A DNA stretch of 32,000 bases from Aquifex aeolicus VF5 (GTDB taxonomy: Bacteria > Aquificota > Aquificia > Aquificales > Aquificaceae), in NCBI RefSeq assembly GCF_000008625.1, contig NC_000918.1, forward strand, positions 450,001 to 482,000, in the 5' to 3' direction. This document shows, one piece after another, positions 1 through 7,114 of this stretch. Below the pieces are notes generated by a model. The model was given only the letters and a program-made list of their open reading frames with translations, did not search any database and was not told the DNA's origin. Both the position numbers and the translations under genes were made by a program. Position 1 is the stretch's first letter; each line of letters opens with the position of its first letter.

Positions 1-404
1 AAGAGAAACTTCCAGAACTTTACGAAGGGGATCTATTAGATCTCGTGAAAACGACACTTGAGGAAAGGAAGACCCAGCCACCTCCGAGATACACGGAAGG
101 AACTCTCATAAAGACCCTTGAGAAACTGGGAATAGGAAGACCTTCCACCTACGCAACTATAGTGAAAACACTGAAAGAGAGAGGGTACGTTGAAGTAAAG
201 AAAAAAGCTTTAGTACCAACCGAGATAGCCTTTCAGGTCGTTGAATTTTTAATGGAAAGATTTCCCACACTTATGGATTACAAGTTTACCGCCCAGATGG
301 AGGAAAAACTCGATCTCGTTGAAGAAGGAAAGCTCAATTGGAAGTCTGTAGTTTACGAGTTCATGGAAAAGATCTTCGGTAAGGAGTTGGAAATGGTAAG
401 ATAG
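1..404 (+). CDS. rgy: Type IA topoisomerase domain, C-terminal fragment; most likely reverse gyrase (5' end outside window)
   Basis: The frame is open from base 3. It carries the topo IA motifs PPPRYTEGTLIKTLEKLGIGRPSTYA and TAQMEEKLDLVEEGKLNW. The protein ends about 85 aa after GRPSTYA with no C-terminal Zn-ribbon repeats, as in reverse gyrases rather than TopA. Stop TAG is at 402-404. Confidence 0.7.
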   Translation, partial: EKLPELYEGDLLDLVKTTLEERKTQPPPRYTEGTLIKTLEKLGIGRPSTYATIVKTLKERGYVEVKKKALVPTEIAFQVVEFLMERFPTLMDYKFTAQMEEKLDLVEEGKLNWKSVVYEFMEKIFGKELEMVR

Positions 405-480
405 TGGTGGCCCAGGGCGGAGTCGAACCGCCGACACCCCGGTTTTCAGCCGGGTGCTCTACCACCTGAGCTACCGGGCC
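405..480 (-). tRNA. tRNA-Phe (anticodon GAA), 76 nt with genomically encoded CCA
   Basis: The reverse complement is GGCCCGGTAGCTCAGGTGGTAGAGCACCCGGCTGAAAACCGGGGTGTCGGCGGTTCGACTCCGCCCTGGGCCACCA. It folds as a cloverleaf: 7-bp acceptor stem (one G-U), D stem GCTC/GAGC, anticodon stem CCCGG/CCGGG with loop CTGAAAA, T stem GGCGG/CCGCC with loop TTCGACT, then discriminator A and CCA. Confidence 0.95.
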
Positions 481-495
481 TTACGACAAAAATAT

Positions 496-524
496 ATTAT
501 ATATTCCATTCCCTTTGAGTTCAA
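496..524 (-). promoter_or_regulatory. Candidate sigma70-type promoter for tRNA-Phe (TTGAAC-17 nt-TATAAT)
   Basis: On the minus strand, TTGAAC lies at 524-519 and TATAAT at 501-496 with a 17-nt spacer. The -10 ends 15 nt upstream of the mature tRNA 5' end at 480. Confidence 0.45.
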
Positions 525-542
525 GTGTCATAATTTAATTGT

Positions 543-833
543 ATGCCCAAGGTGATAGTTGCAAACATAAACGCGGAGTTTGAAGGAATAGAAAATGAAA
601 CAATTATGCAAATCCTTTACAGGAACGGGATAGAAATAGACAGCGCCTGCGGCGGGCACGGGCAGTGTACTTCTTGCAAGGTACTTATAATTTCGGGTTC
701 CGAAAATCTGTACCCTGCGGAGTTCGAAGAAAAAGACACTCTGGAAGAAAACGGCATGGATCCCGAAACGGAGAGGCTTTCGTGTCAGGCTAAACTGAAC
801 GGAAAAGGCGACGTGGTTATTTACCTTCCTTAA
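543..833 (+). CDS. fdx: [2Fe-2S] ferredoxin (adrenodoxin/ISC-like Cys spacing)
   Basis: 96 aa. Cluster ligand pattern C-x5-C-x2-C...C (ACGGHGQCTSCKV ... LSCQA). ATG start with no SD. TGtCATAAT at 526-534 sits just upstream. Confidence 0.85.
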   Translation: MPKVIVANINAEFEGIENETIMQILYRNGIEIDSACGGHGQCTSCKVLIISGSENLYPAEFEEKDTLEENGMDPETERLSCQAKLNGKGDVVIYLP

Positions 834-861
834 GGAATTTTTATGATTTTAATAAGAAACT

Positions 862-879
862 TGAATGAATTATCATTCA
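862..879. promoter_or_regulatory. Perfect inverted repeat TGAATGA-ATTA-TCATTCA upstream of the hydrogenase operon (candidate operator)
   Basis: 7-4-7 perfect palindrome read directly from the sequence. It ends 9 nt upstream of a TATACT -10-like hexamer (888-893) and 37 nt upstream of the small-subunit ATG at 916. Confidence 0.35.
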
Positions 880-915
880 CGAAAGTGTATACTAAAAAAA
901 TAACAGGAGGTGGGT

Positions 916-1977
916 ATGGAAACTTTCTGGGAAGTTTTTAAAAGACACGGAGTAAGTAGAAGGGATTTCTTAAAGTTTGCAACTACGATAACGGGCCTTA
1001 TGGGCCTTGCCCCTTCCATGGTTCCCGAAGTCGTAAGGGCCATGGAGACTAAACCCAGAGTTCCCGTTTTATGGATACACGGACTCGAGTGCACGTGCTG
1101 TTCCGAGTCTTTCATACGTTCAGCTACTCCTCTGGCTTCCGATGTAGTTCTCTCCATGATTTCCCTGGAGTACGACGACACACTCTCTGCAGCTGCGGGA
1201 GAGGCGGTTGAAAAGCACAGGGAAAGAATCATAAAGGAATACTGGGGCAACTACATACTCGCTGTTGAAGGAAACCCGCCCCTCGGCGAAGACGGCATGT
1301 ACTGCATAATAGGCGGAAGACCTTTTGTGGAAATACTTAAGGAAAGTGCGGAAGGGGCAAAGGCTGTAATAGCGTGGGGAAGTTGTGCTTCCTGGGGATG
1401 CGTTCAGGCGGCAAAACCAAACCCCACGACTGCAGTTCCCATAGATAAAGTAATAAAGGATAAGCCAATAATAAAGGTTCCCGGATGTCCTCCCATAGCC
1501 GAGGTTATGACCGGAGTAATTATGTATATGGTTCTATTCGACAGAATCCCTCCTTTGGACTCTCAGGGAAGACCTAAGATGTTCTACGGAAACAGGATTC
1601 ACGATACCTGTTACAGGAGATCCTTCTTCAACGCCGGTCAATTCGTTGAGCAGTTTGACGACGAAGGGGCTAAGAAAGGTTGGTGCCTTTACAAGGTAGG
1701 ATGCAGAGGACCCACGACTTACAACTCCTGTGGTAACATGAGGTGGTACAACGGACTCTCCTATCCCATCCAGTCGGGACACGGTTGTATAGGCTGTGCG
1801 GAAAACAACTTCTGGGATAACGGACCCTTCTACGAAAGGATCGGTGGAATACCTGTTCCCGGAATAGAAAGCAAGGCGGACAAGGTTGGAGCTATTGCGG
1901 CGGCAGCTGCTGCAGGCGGTGCAATAATTCACGGTATAGCTTCCAAGATAAGAAAGTCAGGTGAAAAGGAAGAATAA
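916..1977 (+). CDS. mbhS1: [NiFe] hydrogenase small subunit, membrane-bound group 1 type, Tat-exported
   Basis: Twin-arginine signal SRRDFLKF. Motifs [30 protein letters not shown] and GHGCIGC. C-terminal hydrophobic anchor [19 protein letters not shown] prefer ATG at 916 (SD AGGAGGTG at 905-912) over the in-frame GTG at 910 in the ORF track. Confidence 0.95.
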   Translation: METFWEVFKRHGVSRRDFLKFATTITGLMGLAPSMVPEVVRAMETKPRVPVLWIHGLECTCCSESFIRSATPLASDVVLSMISLEYDDTLSAAAGEAVEKHRERIIKEYWGNYILAVEGNPPLGEDGMYCIIGGRPFVEILKESAEGAKAVIAWGSCASWGCVQAAKPNPTTAVPIDKVIKDKPIIKVPGCPPIAEVMTGVIMYMVLFDRIPPLDSQGRPKMFYGNRIHDTCYRRSFFNAGQFVEQFDDEGAKKGWCLYKVGCRGPTTYNSCGNMRWYNGLSYPIQSGHGCIGCAENNFWDNGPFYERIGGIPVPGIESKADKVGAIAAAAAAGGAIIHGIASKIRKSGEKEE

Positions 1978-1991
1978 GGGAGGTGTTATAG

Positions 1992-3893
1992 ATGAAGAGA
2001 GTTGTAGTTGATCCTGTAACAAGGATAGAAGGTCATTTGAGAATTGAGATAATGGTTGACGAGGAAACAGGACAAGTGAAAGACGCCCTCTCCGCCGGAA
2101 CTATGTGGAGGGGGATTGAACTCATAGTGAGAAACAGGGACCCGAGAGACGTATGGGCATTTACCCAGAGAATATGCGGAGTTTGCACGTCCATACACGC
2201 CCTCGCATCACTGAGAGCTGTAGAAGACGCACTTGAGATAACTATTCCCAAAAACGCAAACTACATAAGGAATATAATGTACGGTTCACTTCAGGTTCAC
2301 GACCACGTGGTTCACTTTTACCACCTCCATGCACTCGACTGGGTTTCTCCTGTAGAAGCCCTGAAGGCGGACCCCGTCGCCACAGCGGCACTTGCAAACA
2401 AAATCCTTGAAAAGTACGGTGTTCTGAACGAATTTATGCCCGACTTTTTAGGCCACAGGGCTTACCCCAAAAAGTTCCCCAAAGCCACTCCCGGTTACTT
2501 CAGGGAGTTTCAGAAGAAGATAAAGAAGCTCGTTGAGAGCGGACAGCTCGGAATATTTGCCGCACACTGGTGGGATCACCCAGATTACCAGATGCTCCCG
2601 CCGGAAGTTCACCTCATAGGAATAGCCCACTACCTAAACATGCTTGACGTCCAGAGAGAACTCTTTATACCTCAGGTGGTGTTCGGCGGAAAGAACCCCC
2701 ACCCCCACTACATAGTTGGAGGAGTTAACTGTTCAATCTCCATGGACGATATGAACGCACCCGTAAACGCGGAAAGACTCGCGGTCGTAGAAGACGCTAT
2801 ATACACTCAGGTAGAGTCCACAGACTTTTTCTACATTCCCGACATTCTCGCAATCGCCGATATATACCTCAATCAACATAACTGGTTCTACGGCGGTGGA
2901 CTTTCCAAGAAGAGGGTAATAGGATACGGAGACTATCCCGATGAGCCCTACACGGGCATAAAGAACGGGGATTACCACAAGAAGATACTGTGGCACTCAA
3001 ACGGAGTCGTTGAAGACTTTTACAAGGGTGTGGAAAAGGCCAAGTTCTACAACCTAGAAGGAAAGGACTTTACGGATCCAGAGCAAATTCAGGAGTTCGT
3101 CACCCACTCCTGGTATAAGTATCCCGACGAAACGAAGGGACTTCACCCCTGGGATGGAATAACCGAGCCGAATTACACCGGACCGAAGGAAGGAACGAAA
3201 ACCCACTGGAAGTACCTTGACGAAAACGGAAAGTACTCTTGGATAAAAGCTCCGAGATGGAGAGGAAAGGCCTGTGAAGTAGGACCTCTGGCAAGGTACA
3301 TAATCGTCTACACAAAAGTAAAGCAGGGACACATAAAACCCACCTGGGTAGACGAACTCATAGTCAATCAAATAGACACCGTGTCCAAGATATTGAACCT
3401 CCCTCCCGAAAAGTGGCTGCCCACTACGGTCGGAAGGACAATCGCGAGGGCACTGGAAGCCCAGATGTCAGCACATACAAACCTCTACTGGATGAAGAAA
3501 CTCTATGACAACATAAAGGCGGGAGACACGAGCGTGGCAAACATGGAAAAGTGGGACCCCTCCACATGGCCAAAAGAGGCAAAGGGAGTGGGATTGACGG
3601 AAGCCCCGAGAGGTGCTCTCGGACACTGGGTGATAATAAAAGACGGAAAAGTGGCGAATTATCAGTGCGTTGTTCCAACCACATGGAACGGTTCTCCCAA
3701 GGACCCGAAGGGACAGCACGGAGCATTTGAAGAGTCAATGATTGACACGAAGGTAAAGGTTCCCGAAAAGCCCCTTGAAGTTCTCAGAGGTATTCACTCA
3801 TTTGACCCGTGCCTTGCATGTTCAACGCACCTCTACAACGAAAAGGGAGAAGAGATAGCCAGCGTAAGGGTTCAGGGGGTGGTTCATGTTTAA
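1992..3893 (+). CDS. mbhL1: [NiFe] hydrogenase large subunit
   Basis: N-terminal RIEGH and RICGVC motifs. C-terminal DPCLACSTH Ni-binding motif followed by a cleavable extension. SD GGGAGGTG at 1978-1985. Confidence 0.97.
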   Translation: MKRVVVDPVTRIEGHLRIEIMVDEETGQVKDALSAGTMWRGIELIVRNRDPRDVWAFTQRICGVCTSIHALASLRAVEDALEITIPKNANYIRNIMYGSLQVHDHVVHFYHLHALDWVSPVEALKADPVATAALANKILEKYGVLNEFMPDFLGHRAYPKKFPKATPGYFREFQKKIKKLVESGQLGIFAAHWWDHPDYQMLPPEVHLIGIAHYLNMLDVQRELFIPQVVFGGKNPHPHYIVGGVNCSISMDDMNAPVNAERLAVVEDAIYTQVESTDFFYIPDILAIADIYLNQHNWFYGGGLSKKRVIGYGDYPDEPYTGIKNGDYHKKILWHSNGVVEDFYKGVEKAKFYNLEGKDFTDPEQIQEFVTHSWYKYPDETKGLHPWDGITEPNYTGPKEGTKTHWKYLDENGKYSWIKAPRWRGKACEVGPLARYIIVYTKVKQGHIKPTWVDELIVNQIDTVSKILNLPPEKWLPTTVGRTIARALEAQMSAHTNLYWMKKLYDNIKAGDTSVANMEKWDPSTWPKEAKGVGLTEAPRGALGHWVIIKDGKVANYQCVVPTTWNGSPKDPKGQHGAFEESMIDTKVKVPEKPLEVLRGIHSFDPCLACSTHLYNEKGEEIASVRVQGVVHV

Positions 3894-4572
3894 GAGGATT
3901 TTTATATTCAGCGCTTCCTTGAGGATATGGCACTGGATAAACTTCCTCACCATAATGGTCTTATTTTTTACGGGACTCTACATAGGGACGCCTTACTTCA
4001 CGACCTCTTCGGGATACGAGGCAACCTACGCCTACGATAAGAACATAACGATGGGATTTATAAGGTTTCTTCACTTTTCCGCCGGCTACGTCTTACTCTT
4101 TTCCTTCCTCTTCAGGATTTTCATAGCCTTCTTCAGAAAGGGAGACAGACTCTTCATCCCTAAGTTCTGGACGATAGAGTACTGGGAAGGGATAAAGGAA
4201 ACCTTAAAAGAATACCTCCTTATAGGCTCCCGCAAACCGATGATAAGGAATCCCTTAGCGAGAACCGCATACTTTTTCGTTTACTTGATGATTTTCTTCA
4301 TGATAGCAACGGGCTTCGGGATGTACGGACTTTCTGACCCCGACGGATTCTGGGCTTCCGTCTTTGGCTGGGTTGTCTGGAGTCTGGGAGGAGAGTTTGA
4401 AGCCCACTACTGGCACCATATAGTTGCATGGCTGATAATACTCTTCTTTATAGTTCACGTTTACTTCGTATCTAGGGAAGACTTCGTCCACAAAAACGGA
4501 GAAGTTTCTTCTATGTTCAACGGCTCTAAGTTCTTCAAAAAAGACCCTGTTGACCTTAAAGATATAAAGTAA
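3886..4572 (+). CDS. cybH: Ni/Fe-hydrogenase b-type cytochrome subunit (HoxZ/HyaC/CybH family)
   Basis: 228 aa polytopic membrane protein (RIWHWINFLTIMVLFFTGLYIG; conserved His in TM segments). Its ATG overlaps the large-subunit stop by 8 nt, and it sits directly after S and L. Confidence 0.85.
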   Translation: MFKRIFIFSASLRIWHWINFLTIMVLFFTGLYIGTPYFTTSSGYEATYAYDKNITMGFIRFLHFSAGYVLLFSFLFRIFIAFFRKGDRLFIPKFWTIEYWEGIKETLKEYLLIGSRKPMIRNPLARTAYFFVYLMIFFMIATGFGMYGLSDPDGFWASVFGWVVWSLGGEFEAHYWHHIVAWLIILFFIVHVYFVSREDFVHKNGEVSSMFNGSKFFKKDPVDLKDIK

Positions 4573-4584
4573 GGAGGTAAAAAA

Positions 4585-5127
4585 ATGAGGAAGTTTTTAC
4601 CTTTTGTGGGGCTCGCTTCTTTTGCCTTTGCACACCCGGGACACTTTCACGGCGTAAACCCTTTTAACTCCGGACTCATTCACCCGCTCACCGGGCTGGA
4701 TCACTTGTCCGTTATGGTGGCCGTAGGACTCCTCGGCAGTTACTACGCAGGAAAGAAGGCGTTTCTACCCGCTCTTACGTTTGTTAGCTTCATGACGCTC
4801 GGTTCAATACTTGGACTCCTCGGAGTTAGCGTTCCCTTCGTGGAAAGCGGGATAATTCTTTCCGTTGCTTTAATGGGAATACTTCTCTTTGCAAAGGACT
4901 TAAAACTCTCTTACGTACTCCCGCTTATAGGAATTTTTGGAATTCTTCATGGTGTAGCTCACGGATACGAAGCTCCCCAGACATTACACCCGGTTTACTA
5001 CGTTCTCGGATTTGTACTCTCTACCGCAGCACTTCACTTCACCGGATTGCTTTTCGGGAAGGCTCTTAAAGAGAAACTCGTTAGGGTATCGGGACTACTC
5101 CTCCTTGCCCTTGCCTTCCTCCTTTGA
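4585..5127 (+). CDS. hupE: HupE/UreJ family nickel transporter
   Basis: Signal-like N-terminus followed by AHPGHFHG and HPLTGLDH motifs, and six hydrophobic segments. SD AAGGAGGT at 4571-4578. Confidence 0.85.
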   Translation: MRKFLPFVGLASFAFAHPGHFHGVNPFNSGLIHPLTGLDHLSVMVAVGLLGSYYAGKKAFLPALTFVSFMTLGSILGLLGVSVPFVESGIILSVALMGILLFAKDLKLSYVLPLIGIFGILHGVAHGYEAPQTLHPVYYVLGFVLSTAALHFTGLLFGKALKEKLVRVSGLLLLALAFLL

Positions 5128-5139
5128 TACCCTTTTCCC

Positions 5140-5628
5140 ATGATTACGGTACTCGGTATAGGGAACATACTCTTATCGGATGAAGGACTGGGAGTGAGAA
5201 CGGTTGAGGAGCTCCAGAGGAGGTACGAGTTTCCCGAAAACGTGAAAGTGTTGGACGGCGGAACTCTCGGGATAGACTTACTTTACCATATAGAGGGAAC
5301 GGAAAAACTCCTCATAATTGATGCGGTTCTAGGGGGAAAGAAACCTGGAACCTTTTACAAAATAAAAAACGAAAATGTAAAGAAGTACTTTAAAAGTAAA
5401 GTTTCCATGCACGAACTCGGAATTCAGGAAGTTCTTGCACTCTTAGAGGTTCTGGAAAAACCCATAAAAGAAATAGTAGTTCTGGGACTGGAGCCCAAAA
5501 GCCTTGAAGTTTCAACAGAGCTCACTCCGGAAATACAGGAAAAAATTCCCCTCCTCGTGGAAGAAGCCCTATCTCAACTAAAGGAGTGGGGCGTTGAGGT
5601 GAAGGAGAAGAGCCATGAGCAGTGTTAA
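5140..5628 (+). CDS. hupD: Hydrogenase maturation endopeptidase (HupD/HyaD/HoxM family)
   Basis: N-terminal VLGIGNILLSDEGLGV and DGGTLG motifs, later HELG, typical of HyaD/HybD proteases. Operon context. Confidence 0.9.
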   Translation: MITVLGIGNILLSDEGLGVRTVEELQRRYEFPENVKVLDGGTLGIDLLYHIEGTEKLLIIDAVLGGKKPGTFYKIKNENVKKYFKSKVSMHELGIQEVLALLEVLEKPIKEIVVLGLEPKSLEVSTELTPEIQEKIPLLVEEALSQLKEWGVEVKEKSHEQC

Positions 5629-5953
5629 GTTTTTACAAAATTTAAAAAGGATAAACGAGGAAGATTTGAGGAACTTAATGGAAAAAGGTGAGACCTTTGT
5701 CCTTTACGTGAGAAGCGAAAGGCTCTACGACAAGGTAAAGGAGATATTTGACGTTGACGTTGTTTTTCCCGAACTTGCCAAAAGCTTCGAAGGTATTCCC
5801 TTTTACTGGGGAGATGCTGACGAGCTGAAAGAATTAAATGTAATTCCTCCTTCCGTTCTTATATTCAAGGAAGGAAAGCCCGTTGAGTTTCTTCAAGGAA
5901 TAAAAACCTGGGCTGAATACACGAGGAAACTAAAGGAGAGCCTGCTATGCTGA
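5615..5953 (+). CDS. HyaE/HoxO-like thioredoxin-fold hydrogenase accessory protein (no CxxC)
   Basis: 112 aa. Position after the protease gene, thioredoxin-like length and pattern without a redox CxxC. Overlaps hupD by 14 nt. The assignment rests on context and weak similarity only. Confidence 0.55.
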   Translation: MSSVKFLQNLKRINEEDLRNLMEKGETFVLYVRSERLYDKVKEIFDVDVVFPELAKSFEGIPFYWGDADELKELNVIPPSVLIFKEGKPVEFLQGIKTWAEYTRKLKESLLC

Positions 5954-6342
5954 TGAACGCAATTCCGATCTTGAAGGAGATACTCCAGGCTTTGAAGGAT
6001 TTGTATGAAAAGGGAGAAGAGCACGTAATTTACATAAATAAACTCCCTATAACTCCAGAAGACAGGGAACTCCTTCTGGACGTTCTCGGAGAAGGACAGG
6101 TGAAGATAACTTACTCCTCAAAGACCCAACCCGCTGAATGGAAAGAGACGGGAATATTCGGAGTCTGGATAGGGATTATTAAAAACAGGGACGACAAACC
6201 GGTTCTTGAGACGATAGAAATCACTTACTTTCCAAAACTCGCATCAGCCCAAAAGGAAGACGTACAGGAGAGTATTAAGTACCTTGAAGAAAAGATTTCG
6301 GAGATTGAAACTAAATTAAAAGAGGAGGAGAAAAATGTGTAA
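5947..6342 (+). CDS. HupH/HyaF/HoxQ-like hydrogenase expression protein (single HupH_C-type domain)
   Basis: 131 aa with LGEGQVKI ... TGIFGVWIG ... IEITYFP, resembling the HupH C-terminal domain. Overlaps neighbouring genes on both sides (7 and 8 nt). Confidence 0.6.
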   Translation: MLMNAIPILKEILQALKDLYEKGEEHVIYINKLPITPEDRELLLDVLGEGQVKITYSSKTQPAEWKETGIFGVWIGIIKNRDDKPVLETIEITYFPKLASAQKEDVQESIKYLEEKISEIETKLKEEEKNV

Positions 6343-7114
6343 AGACTGCGGATGTTCCATCCCTGAGCACAACCACGAGCATGAACACCATCATCACCAT
6401 CACCATACAAATCCCGCACTCGGTGATAAGAAGACCGTTGAGGTCCTGAAAAAGATACTCTCCGCAAACGACGAGCAGGCGGAGAGCAACAGGAGGCACT
6501 TTGAAAGGCACGGAATACTGGCTGTTAACTTGATGAGTTCCCCGGGATCGGGAAAGACGACACTCCTTGAAAGAACCATAGAACTCCTGAAAGACGAACT
6601 CAAGATAGGTGTAATTGAAGGAGATTTGGAAACAAACAGGGACGCGGAGAGGATTAAAAAGAAGGGGGCGCCGGCATATCAGATAACAACGGGACAGGCT
6701 TGCCACCTTGATGCCTTTATGGTTCACGAAGGCATACACCACCTTCCCTTAGAAGAACTTGATATTGTCTTCATAGAAAACGTCGGAAACTTAGTTTGTC
6801 CGGCTTCTTACGACGTGGGAGCACACCTCAACGTCGTTCTCCTCTCCACAACAGAAGGAGAAGACAAGCCAGAGAAGTATCCGGTGATGTTTAAAAACTC
6901 TCAATTGATGTTAATAACTAAGGCAGATCTCTTACCTTACATGGACTTTGACGTTGAAAAGGCTGTAGAGTCCGCAAGAAAGGTAAATCCTTCCCTTGAC
7001 GTCATTACGCTTTCCGCAAAAACTGGAGAGGGAATGGAATTGTGGCTTGATTATCTGAAGTTTAAGTTGAAGGTCCTCAGGAATGCCCTTCAAAAGGCTA
7101 AAGCTTCACCTTAA
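6335..7114 (+). CDS. hypB: Hydrogenase nickel-incorporation GTPase HypB
   Basis: N-terminal MCKDCGCS (CxxCGC high-affinity Ni site), His-rich run HNHEHEHHHHHHH, P-loop GSPGSGKTT, and ENVGNLVCP and TKADL G-domain motifs. SD AGGAGGAG upstream. Confidence 0.95.
   Translation: MCKDCGCSIPEHNHEHEHHHHHHHTNPALGDKKTVEVLKKILSANDEQAESNRRHFERHGILAVNLMSSPGSGKTTLLERTIELLKDELKIGVIEGDLETNRDAERIKKKGAPAYQITTGQACHLDAFMVHEGIHHLPLEELDIVFIENVGNLVCPASYDVGAHLNVVLLSTTEGEDKPEKYPVMFKNSQLMLITKADLLPYMDFDVEKAVESARKVNPSLDVITLSAKTGEGMELWLDYLKFKLKVLRNALQKAKASP

Noticed and set aside
405-542. A possible genomic island or integrated element at the tRNA-Phe gene.
   Set aside because: There is no integrase, no phage or plasmid gene, and no obvious direct repeat of the tRNA 3' half nearby. 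Both flanks are core genes (reverse gyrase; ferredoxin and hydrogenase). I could not do an exhaustive repeat search by eye.
862-879. Calling the hydrogenase-promoter palindrome a Fur or NikR box.
   Set aside because: Alignment by eye to the 19-bp Fur consensus (GATAATGATAATCATTATC) is out of register, and the NikR GTATGA-N16-TCATAC architecture does not fit. It is kept only as an unassigned operator candidate.
910-915. Upstream alternative starts proposed by the ORF track: GTG 910 for mbhS1, TTG 9304 for atpC, GTG 11040 for plsY, TTG 20791 for kdsB and GTG 30282 for hspR.
   Set aside because: In each case a downstream ATG gives the canonical family N-terminus and/or better SD or promoter spacing. 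The extension either overlaps the upstream gene or starts inside the SD.
3820-3893. Possibility of a [NiFeSe] enzyme or selenocysteine recoding in the large subunit.
   Set aside because: The C-terminal motif is DPCLACSTH with ordinary Cys codons and no in-frame TGA.
6370-6412. CAC/CAT-rich near-repetitive stretch that looks like a microsatellite.
   Set aside because: It is in frame and encodes the HypB His-rich nickel-binding run (HNHEHEHHHHHHH). It is a coding feature, not a non-coding repeat.
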